DNA of 55,365 nucleotides from a virus (taxonomy: Duplodnaviria > Caudoviricetes), in IMG/VR virus record IMGVR_UViG_3300037722_000166, positions 1 through 55,365 of that record; one strand, given 5' to 3'. Below the pieces are notes generated by a model. It was not told where the DNA came from, did no database searches, and saw only the letters and a list, made by a program, of their open reading frames with translations. This document shows, in pieces, positions 48,307 through 55,365 of this stretch (positions are counted from its first letter, which is position 1; the number at the start of each line of letters is the position of its first letter). The position numbers and the translations under genes are program-made.

Positions 48307-49461
48307 ATGTCTAAAATTCGCGTCGTTCATCATTCGAAGACTATTGGGTACTCTGGAAGCGACCGTACAGCCCAATTGTTTGCAAAATATCTCATCAACA
48401 GTGATCGTTTCGAGCCTTTTTTAGTATACCGCGAAGGCGATAAGAATAACCAGAGACTAGACGCCGCGAGACAATGGTTAGGCTCTGACCGCGTGATACC
48501 CTATCGGTGGGAGCCGGGCAGGAAGGGGCGTCAATCACCGTATCTACCTGAGCATGATAATCTCCATGAAGTACTCATGGGAATTGATCCAGATATTGTT
48601 CATTTGCACCGAAGCGGTTATGTCGAATGGCCCGGCTTCCGATACATGGCTCCCAGAGCAAAGTGGGTAGAGACCAACATCTTTGGAGAAGCAGACCGTA
48701 CGCCCGAGCGTCAGTTTGATCTGCATATCTATATTTCTGACTACATTCGCCAGCGTGCTCTAGAAAATGGTTCTCCCGATGGTCCCGTGCTGTATAATCC
48801 TATTGAGCAGCCCGTGTTGGATATGACTCCCGAGAATAAGGAACTTTGCCGTGAGGCTCTGCTCGCTCAGTTTAAGATTCCGCATAACGCAATTTTAATA
48901 GGACGAGTGGGCCGAGCAGACAACTTTGACCCTATCTCGCTTCGTGCATTTGCCGAAGTGGAGAAGGCTTGTCCTGAGGCTTGGTACATCGTCGTTAACC
49001 CTTGTAATAGATGGCAGGAAGAGTCGACTCGTCTTGGTATTCAGAACATTCGTTTTACGGGGCCTATCGTGGATGACTACAAGCTATCTAACTTCTATCG
49101 TGGCCTGGATATCTACGCTCACGCTCGCCATGACGGGGAGTGCTGTCCGTGTAACATTCAGGAGGCTATGATGCATCGGCTTCCCGTTGTCTCGCATGAG
49201 AGTGCTATCTACAATGGGCAATCGGAGATTGTTGGCAATGCTGGCTTTGTTGTTCCCCTTGGGGATCACGTTGCATATCGTGACATTCTTATTCAATTAA
49301 TTGAAAACCACGAGTTCGTTAATGAGAATGAAGATGGGTTAGTGCGTCTACGCGATCACTTTGGTCTTGAGGCTCGTCGTCGTTCCATGCGATATTTTGA
49401 AGCAAGTTGCATTACGACTCAATTAGAAAGTATGTATGATTGGGTGCTTGAAAAACAATGA
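48307..49461 (+). CDS. GT4-family glycosyltransferase (paralog of 46623..47714)
   Basis: DIVHLHRSGY, VETNIFG, AHARHDGECCPCNIQEAMMHRLPVV. Confidence 0.88.
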   Translation: MSKIRVVHHSKTIGYSGSDRTAQLFAKYLINSDRFEPFLVYREGDKNNQRLDAARQWLGSDRVIPYRWEPGRKGRQSPYLPEHDNLHEVLMGIDPDIVHLHRSGYVEWPGFRYMAPRAKWVETNIFGEADRTPERQFDLHIYISDYIRQRALENGSPDGPVLYNPIEQPVLDMTPENKELCREALLAQFKIPHNAILIGRVGRADNFDPISLRAFAEVEKACPEAWYIVVNPCNRWQEESTRLGIQNIRFTGPIVDDYKLSNFYRGLDIYAHARHDGECCPCNIQEAMMHRLPVVSHESAIYNGQSEIVGNAGFVVPLGDHVAYRDILIQLIENHEFVNENEDGLVRLRDHFGLEARRRSMRYFEASCITTQLESMYDWVLEKQ

Positions 49462-50183
49462 CTAAAGTTATCTCATTTTCGTTATGGGGTCAGGATTTAA
49501 AGTACTGCATCGGTGCTATTCGTAATGCCGATCTTGCTCAACAATTTTACCCCGACTGGCAATGCGTTTTTCAGCTTGATGCGATTGTCCCCAATATCAT
49601 TGAAGACAAATTAAATGAGTTTGAAAATACCATTGTTATTCGTCGTATAGATCCAAAAACTAATGGACTTACCAAGGGAGATTGGCGAGCGATGATGTGG
49701 CGTTTTGAGCTTATTTGTGAACCGTCGGTGGAAGTAATGCTTGTTCGTGACTGCGACTCTCGACTGTCGGCACGCGAAGCTGCCGCAGTCGAGGAGTGGA
49801 TGGTAAGCGATAAACAGTTTCATTCAATGCGAGATCATGTTTTTCATAGTGTACCAATATTGGGTGGTCTTTGGGGCATGAAGCAAGGGAATATATCGCG
49901 TAGTGCTTTCAAGGCATTACTTGACAGTTGGCCCACGGAAGATCGTCTTCAAACAGATCAAGAATTTCTCGCTAAAGAAGTTTGGGTGAGGTATAATCAT
50001 CATATTTTATGTCATGATGATGGATTTTTTACTCATTTATGGGGCGGACAATCGTTTCCTAGTCCGCGAAGCGGCCTAGAGTTTGTTGGTCAAGTATATG
50101 ACGAACATGATGTAGCTACTAAATATTATGAAGAAGAGTTATCAAAATGGCTTTGTGGACAAAAAAAGAAGACGACTTATTGA
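49458..50183 (+). CDS. Putative GT-A-like glycosyltransferase (SFSLWG...RDxDSR type)
   Basis: ISFSLWG, MMWRF, LVRDCDSR (DxD), MRDH..H..PILGGLWG, DQEFL. Sits in the GT cluster. Confidence 0.55.
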   Translation: MTKVISFSLWGQDLKYCIGAIRNADLAQQFYPDWQCVFQLDAIVPNIIEDKLNEFENTIVIRRIDPKTNGLTKGDWRAMMWRFELICEPSVEVMLVRDCDSRLSAREAAAVEEWMVSDKQFHSMRDHVFHSVPILGGLWGMKQGNISRSAFKALLDSWPTEDRLQTDQEFLAKEVWVRYNHHILCHDDGFFTHLWGGQSFPSPRSGLEFVGQVYDEHDVATKYYEEELSKWLCGQKKKTTY

Positions 50184-50713
50184 AGCGTTACTATAATGCA
50201 ACATATAGCCATCAAACATTGATGAATTTGTTACCAAATAGAACTTGGTATGCGATTGTTAGTCGTGCTTCTTATCTAAATATTAAAAGAAATATCAAGC
50301 CTTTTGTTAAATTCATAAGGTATACAAAAGTCAATCAAGAAACCGGATGTTGGGATTGGATTGGACATAAATTTTCTAATGGTTATGCATATGGGTGCTT
50401 TAATGGCAAACGATCTATTCTTGTGCATAGATGGTCTTATGAACATTTCAGAGGAAAAATAAGTAATAACTTACACTGTCATCATATATGTTATAATCGT
50501 GCGTGCGTGAATCCTTATCATTTAGAATTAAGAACGAACAAGGATAACGTCCTTGATGACAGTAGTGCTTCGTTAGCTCTTAAAAATAAGAATAAAACTC
50601 ATTGTAAGCATGGACATGAATTTACAAAAAACAACACATACACCAGTAAAGAAGGATGGAGACGTTGCAGAACGTGTCATAATATTACTGAACGTAAACG
50701 AAGACGAGGTTAA
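50147..50713 (+). CDS. HNH homing endonuclease
   Basis: GCWDW, VHRWSY, HHICYNRACVNPYHL, KTHCKHGH...CRTC. Confidence 0.9.
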   Translation: MALWTKKEDDLLKRYYNATYSHQTLMNLLPNRTWYAIVSRASYLNIKRNIKPFVKFIRYTKVNQETGCWDWIGHKFSNGYAYGCFNGKRSILVHRWSYEHFRGKISNNLHCHHICYNRACVNPYHLELRTNKDNVLDDSSASLALKNKNKTHCKHGHEFTKNNTYTSKEGWRRCRTCHNITERKRRRG

Positions 50714-50729
50714 GCGTTTTAATTAACTT

Positions 50730-51770
50730 ATGAAAGCACTATCATTTGACGATGTTACTTTAGTTCCAAACTACAATCCAGTCGCTTCGCGACGAGACGT
50801 GGACACTAGTATTGAATTTGGTAATCTATCACTTAAGATACCTTTAATGTCGGCGGCAATGGACACGATCACTGGAAGTCGTATGGCTTCTGCAATGAGT
50901 GATCTTGGTGGGCTTGGATTTTTACATCGTTTTTGTTCTATTGAAGAAAACGTAGATTTGTACTATGATAGTTGTTTTCAAATTGGACACGCACACGATG
51001 GAAGTGACTGGAGAGAAGTACGTATAGCAGAAGCAGTTGTTTCGCTTGGTGTAAACGAAGGACTTGATCGTTTTCATGCGTGCCATGAAGCTGGGGCTCG
51101 TTATTTTAGCTTAGACTTGGCTCATGCACATAGTAAGCAAGCCGGACAATTCATTAAACAATTAAAAGAATTTGACGAAACCATTACATTAGTTGCTGGG
51201 TCAGTGTGTACCTACGCTGGAGCAGATTACTTGTCGTCTTGCGGAGCTGATGTAATTCGCGTGGGAATTGGAGCATCTTCTATCTGCCAAACCCGCAAAC
51301 AGACTGGGTTTGGTTTAACTCAATTTTCAGCATTATTAGAATGTTCTAAAGTTGATAAACCAATTATTTGCGATGGTGGCATTCGTTCTGGTGGTGACTG
51401 TATGAAGGCACTTGTGGCTGGAGCTACGTATATCATGTGTGGTTCATTTCTCGGTGGTTCAGAGGAGTGTCCAGGAGACATCATTGAAAAAGATGGTTGC
51501 CAATATAAGATTTTACGTGGACAAGCTTCTCGTGAGGCCCAAGAAGACTTTTATGGTCAACAAAACGAGTGGAAGACCGCAGAGGGGGTACAAGTCAAAG
51601 TCCCTTTCAAGGGAAGTGTACGAAATGCTATTAATGACCTAATGGGTGGAATTCGTAGTGGACTTACTTACGGGGGTTGTACTAATTTAGAAAAGGTTCG
51701 TGGCCGTATAGAGTGGCGTGAAATTAGTCATTCTGGTTATATAGAAGGAACTCCATATGGTCAGATTTAG
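50730..51770 (+). CDS. IMP dehydrogenase / GMP reductase family enzyme, no CBS domain
   Basis: LSFDDVTLVP, SAAMDT, GGLGFLHR, VGIGASSICQTR (catalytic Cys), DGGIR..GD, AEG. Confidence 0.92.
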   Translation: MKALSFDDVTLVPNYNPVASRRDVDTSIEFGNLSLKIPLMSAAMDTITGSRMASAMSDLGGLGFLHRFCSIEENVDLYYDSCFQIGHAHDGSDWREVRIAEAVVSLGVNEGLDRFHACHEAGARYFSLDLAHAHSKQAGQFIKQLKEFDETITLVAGSVCTYAGADYLSSCGADVIRVGIGASSICQTRKQTGFGLTQFSALLECSKVDKPIICDGGIRSGGDCMKALVAGATYIMCGSFLGGSEECPGDIIEKDGCQYKILRGQASREAQEDFYGQQNEWKTAEGVQVKVPFKGSVRNAINDLMGGIRSGLTYGGCTNLEKVRGRIEWREISHSGYIEGTPYGQI

Positions 51771-51791
51771 TAGTGCAGAAGGAGAACAGCA

Positions 51792-52571
51792 ATGAAAATT
51801 CTTTTTAGAAAAGACCAGGATAATTATGACGAGTTACCGGTAGCACAGCAATACTCAGATGTAATCACTCAGCGTGTAGAGTGTTGCAATGGCGATACTA
51901 TTGTTGGTCGTTATTCTGTTTTACCTTTTTATAGGGAACTTGAAAAAGACATTGAGTTCTTTGGTGGAAAATTAATTAATTCTTATTCTCAGCATTCTTG
52001 GATTGCTAATTTTAATTATTATGATGAGTTATATAACTTGACATTTCCAACCTGGAATGATTATGATTTTCATTTGGCTCCCGAAGGAGCTTATATTCTA
52101 AAAGGTAAAACAAACTCTAAGAAAAATCAGTGGTCAACTCATATGTTCGCAGCCACAAAACGAGAGGCTATCGATGTGGCGTCAAGATTAATCAATGATG
52201 AATTCATTGGTCCTCAAGGTCTTCTTTATAGGAAATATATGCCACTTAAAACATTTAGTCATGGCCTGAATGGTCTTCCTTACACAGACGAGTGGCGATT
52301 CTTCTTTTTGGGTACTGACCTATTGAGCTATGGATATTATTGGTGCTGTGAAGAGAATGCTGACGAGAGGACGATTGAACCAGAAGGAATCGTCTTTGCT
52401 CGCACGGTAGCGGCAGTAGCTTCCAAGTATGTTAATTTCTTTGTTGTTGATGTTGGCAAGACAGAAAGTGGCGATTGGATTATGATTGAATTAAACGATG
52501 GTCAAATGTCTGGCTTATCAATGAACGATCCACATAAACTTTATGTAAACTTGGTAAAATGCGTGTCTTAG
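51792..52571 (+). CDS. ATP-grasp domain protein (R2K-like)
   Basis: YILKG, EWRFF, FFVVDVG...WIMIELNDGQMSGL. Confidence 0.72.
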   Translation: MKILFRKDQDNYDELPVAQQYSDVITQRVECCNGDTIVGRYSVLPFYRELEKDIEFFGGKLINSYSQHSWIANFNYYDELYNLTFPTWNDYDFHLAPEGAYILKGKTNSKKNQWSTHMFAATKREAIDVASRLINDEFIGPQGLLYRKYMPLKTFSHGLNGLPYTDEWRFFFLGTDLLSYGYYWCCEENADERTIEPEGIVFARTVAAVASKYVNFFVVDVGKTESGDWIMIELNDGQMSGLSMNDPHKLYVNLVKCVS

Positions 52572-53449
52572 TTTCATATCGTGGTGCTCCCAGAATACGC
52601 GGTTGGGAAACTGGTGCTATGATTGCTAATGCATTCAGGAGTCTTGGGCACGACGTTTTCGAGTATGGAAACATATATGAAACAAAAGAACGTTTACCTA
52701 ATGCCCCCGACAACCTAGACGATATTGATCTTTGTGTTTATTGTGAAATGAACGATGCAGATCCACAATATACTGAACTTCGTTCCGTAAGAGCTCGAAA
52801 AATGGTGTGTTGTTTATATGATACATCCTATTATGCCGACCGCTGCAAGCATCTTGTTGATTACTTCCGCTTCGACCATCTATTTATAGCGAATCCACTT
52901 ACCATTCAAGAATACAAGACGTGGGGATACGATCATGTCTCTTACCTACCTTATGCATGCGACCGCGACCTACATGGACGTTCGCTGGAACATCCCAAGA
53001 CCCGTGACGTGGTGCTCGTTGGTTCTATCCGCGACGACAGGCGGACTCTTGCTTATCAACTCTCTAACTTAGGAGTTGATCTAGAGCTTATTGGCGATGT
53101 CTTCCGAGAAGACTACATTGATGCCCTAGCGTCCGCAAAGGTCGTGATCAATCAGAATCCTACTGACGGTAGAGGTCTATTGAATATGCGGTACTGGGAA
53201 ACTCCAGCGGCGGGCTCTTTTGTTCTAACGGAAGCGGCTGATTATTCCGAACAACCGATTAACTTGTGCAACGGATACCCGTATAATGGTACTGAGGAAA
53301 TCGCGGGCTTCTGCCGTGCCATCTTAGATAACCCGCAGCGTTTGGCGGAAGCAACAGCGGCCACACAGCATCACGTTTTCAAGTATCACACCTACACCAA
53401 CCGCTGCAACGACATCTTGGGGACGCTGTTCCCACACCATACGTCATGA
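52559..53449 (+). CDS. CgeB-like GT-B glycosyltransferase
   Basis: YLPYACD, DVVLVGS, AKVVINQ..LNMRYWE, HTYTNR. Confidence 0.82.
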   Translation: MRVLVSYRGAPRIRGWETGAMIANAFRSLGHDVFEYGNIYETKERLPNAPDNLDDIDLCVYCEMNDADPQYTELRSVRARKMVCCLYDTSYYADRCKHLVDYFRFDHLFIANPLTIQEYKTWGYDHVSYLPYACDRDLHGRSLEHPKTRDVVLVGSIRDDRRTLAYQLSNLGVDLELIGDVFREDYIDALASAKVVINQNPTDGRGLLNMRYWETPAAGSFVLTEAADYSEQPINLCNGYPYNGTEEIAGFCRAILDNPQRLAEATAATQHHVFKYHTYTNRCNDILGTLFPHHTS

Positions 53450-54111
53450 AAGAAACAGATACCATCAGTGTCCTGATCTGTGTCCACAGCCAGGACATTG
53501 AGCACGACCGACTATTCCAGGAATCCCTGGAGTCGTTGGTCCGTCAGACATATGAGGATTTCGAAGTCGTCGTCGTCCTAGATGAGTGCTGGAACAACAC
53601 CCGCAGCATCTTGGAAAGCTATCGCTCTGTACTAGACATTCGTTTTTTCGAGCGTCCTCGCAAACAGGGACTTGCAGCGGCCAAGAACTTTGGTCTCTCA
53701 AAATGTAAGACGGATTGGGTCACATATCTCGATGCTGATGATCGTTATATGGACTGCAAGATTGGTGTTCAGCGTCAGTGGATGCTAGATCATCCGGATG
53801 TTGATTTTTGTGGCACGCAGGCGTGGGATATTCTTGATGGATATGTAGTGCCTAATTGTTTCCCTATCATGTCTTATTTGACACACGAGGAGATTGTTGG
53901 TGCGTTGTCCAATGAGAACGTTCTATGTCATGGTAGCATGATGATTCGTAAACTAGCTATTGATACTCTTCGTGGTTACAGTACAGATAAAGTGCTACTT
54001 GGTCGTGAGGATTGGGAGCTATGGGTGCGAGCCGCCAACGCTGGTTTTCGTTTCGGTAAGGTGCCTGAACGTCTCTATCTCTACACACTAGGTACAAGCG
54101 TACCTCGATAA
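53446..54111 (+). CDS. GT2-family glycosyltransferase
   Basis: ISVLI, LESLVRQTY.DFEVVVV, GLAAAKN.GL, YLDADD, EDWELWVR. Confidence 0.9.
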   Translation: MKETDTISVLICVHSQDIEHDRLFQESLESLVRQTYEDFEVVVVLDECWNNTRSILESYRSVLDIRFFERPRKQGLAAAKNFGLSKCKTDWVTYLDADDRYMDCKIGVQRQWMLDHPDVDFCGTQAWDILDGYVVPNCFPIMSYLTHEEIVGALSNENVLCHGSMMIRKLAIDTLRGYSTDKVLLGREDWELWVRAANAGFRFGKVPERLYLYTLGTSVPR

Positions 54112-54112
54112 T

Positions 54113-54385
54113 ATGTGCAAAGTAGTACATTGCAAGAAAGAGCCGTTTGATGTTTACATTGGTAGACCTTCAAAGTGGGGTAATCCATTTTCGCATAAGA
54201 GCGGTACCAAGGCTCAATTTAAAGTAGCTACTCGTGACGAAGCGGTTGCACAATATCGCGAATGGATCACGCAACAACCACATTTACTTAACGCACTTTA
54301 TGAATTGCGTGGTAAAACACTTGGATGTTGGTGTGCTCCTCAATCGTGTCATGGTGATGTTTTAATGGAACTAGCAAACTCATGA
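54113..54385 (+). CDS. DUF4326-like protein
   Basis: VYIGRPSKWGNPF...LRGKTLGCWCAPQSCHGDVL. Confidence 0.85.
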   Translation: MCKVVHCKKEPFDVYIGRPSKWGNPFSHKSGTKAQFKVATRDEAVAQYREWITQQPHLLNALYELRGKTLGCWCAPQSCHGDVLMELANS

Positions 54386-55356
54386 AAATTCTCTACGTAG
54401 GACTCCTGTATAATTACGGTAAACCCGAAGAGGGGTTTTCGTATGAGCACTTCAATCTAGAGGCAGGTTTCAAAGACTGTGCTGACCGTGGCATGTTCGA
54501 AGTAGACTACCTCTATCCTGATGAGTGCAAAGATCTTGCTAGGACTGCTTCCGAACTAGTGATCGACGGTGACTACGACGCCATTTTTCATGTGGCATTC
54601 AATGAGTCATTGGACCTTCCGGAAGGTGCAGCCAAACTAGCACTACGAAAAGACATGCCCGTGATCCAGTGGGACTGCGATACGTCGTGGCGTTTTCAAA
54701 GCTGGATTGCTCCCCGCAAGGACAGGGTGAGTCACTTCGTTACAACCCACTCGCGTACAGTGGAATGGTATCAGAAGTTTGGTATGAACGTGATTCGTTC
54801 TCAATGGGGTGGCTCCCCGTACTATCATCCTCAAGAGGTTGACGCGAAGTACGACGTAACGTTTATTGGACAAAAGCATGGCCGCATGCCTGATGGACGC
54901 TTCCTGCGTTCTGAGATCATCGACAACATCATGGCCGCTGGTATCAACATTGATCTTTTCGGGAACTATTGGGACGGATACGAAAACTGGCATGGCTATC
55001 AAACCAATTTTCATGATATGATTAGGGCGTTCACGGAGAGTAAGATCTGTTTGAACCTCTCTAATCCCTGGCATCACGGCAGCATGCCTCAAATCAAGGG
55101 GCGACACTTTGAGATACCGCAAACTGGTAGGCTACAAGTTTGTACGCCCGCCGACGATCTCGCGTCTTATTTTGAAGACGGCAAAGAGATCGTGATTGCT
55201 AAGGACCAAGGTGAACTCCTGGCCAAGCTACGGTATTACCTAGAGAACGATGAAGAACGCGAACAGATTGCTGTTGCTGGTCGTACTCGTATGCTTGCAG
55301 AACACCAGTGGCATCATCGTTTCGAACACATTTTCAAAGAGGTAGGGATCCTGTGA
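54382..55356 (+). CDS. CgeB-like GT-B glycosyltransferase
   Basis: YDVTFIGQ, SKICLNLS, IKGRHFEI, FEDGKEIV, HQWHHR. Confidence 0.85.
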   Translation: MKILYVGLLYNYGKPEEGFSYEHFNLEAGFKDCADRGMFEVDYLYPDECKDLARTASELVIDGDYDAIFHVAFNESLDLPEGAAKLALRKDMPVIQWDCDTSWRFQSWIAPRKDRVSHFVTTHSRTVEWYQKFGMNVIRSQWGGSPYYHPQEVDAKYDVTFIGQKHGRMPDGRFLRSEIIDNIMAAGINIDLFGNYWDGYENWHGYQTNFHDMIRAFTESKICLNLSNPWHHGSMPQIKGRHFEIPQTGRLQVCTPADDLASYFEDGKEIVIAKDQGELLAKLRYYLENDEEREQIAVAGRTRMLAEHQWHHRFEHIFKEVGIL

Positions 55357-55365
55357 CAAATCAGT

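Noticed and set aside
38412-55356. T4-like DNA glucosylation as the role of the GT cluster
   Set aside because: Not favoured: no hydroxymethylase is in the window and ten GTs exceed that need. It cannot be excluded without the rest of the genome.
1-55365. Minus-strand and nested alternative-frame ORFs in the track
   Set aside because: All are shadows of long + strand genes, with no recognisable motifs.
1-55365. Stop-codon recoding, as in some large phages
   Set aside because: Code 11 gives dense, intact genes, and TAG, TGA and TAA all end genes next to the following start.

Overview
A 55 kb segment of a large, probably jumbo, tailed dsDNA phage. It uses the standard genetic code and every supported gene is on the + strand, mostly overlapping or translationally coupled. 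Three modules are visible. (1) ~0.1-26 kb, tail/virion: two paralogous putative tail-assembly chaperones, a 1742-aa tape measure protein, tail-tip-like proteins, and a 1657-aa fibre with 4 LamG domains, a 14-aa Gly repeat and 2 PKD domains. (2) ~26-38.4 kb, replication/expression: RecA, DnaB, DnaG, Cas4/AddB-like nuclease, ClpP, DnaE, SSB and a sigma factor. (3) 38.4 kb to the end: about ten soluble glycosyltransferases (one split by an intein) plus an IMPDH/GMP reductase, an ATP-grasp protein and a broken cupin. Nine homing-endonuclease-type elements are scattered throughout, two of them damaged. An 11-bp motif, TAGTGTATTAT, recurs at gene boundaries and looks like a phage late promoter. The main hypothesis is a phage-encoded virion O-glycosylation system: predicted external virion proteins are strongly enriched in Ser-Gly dipeptides, the internal tape measure and DnaE are not, and the GT cluster has no membrane export genes. 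All annotation is by eye from motifs. No database searches were run and counts are hand counts.
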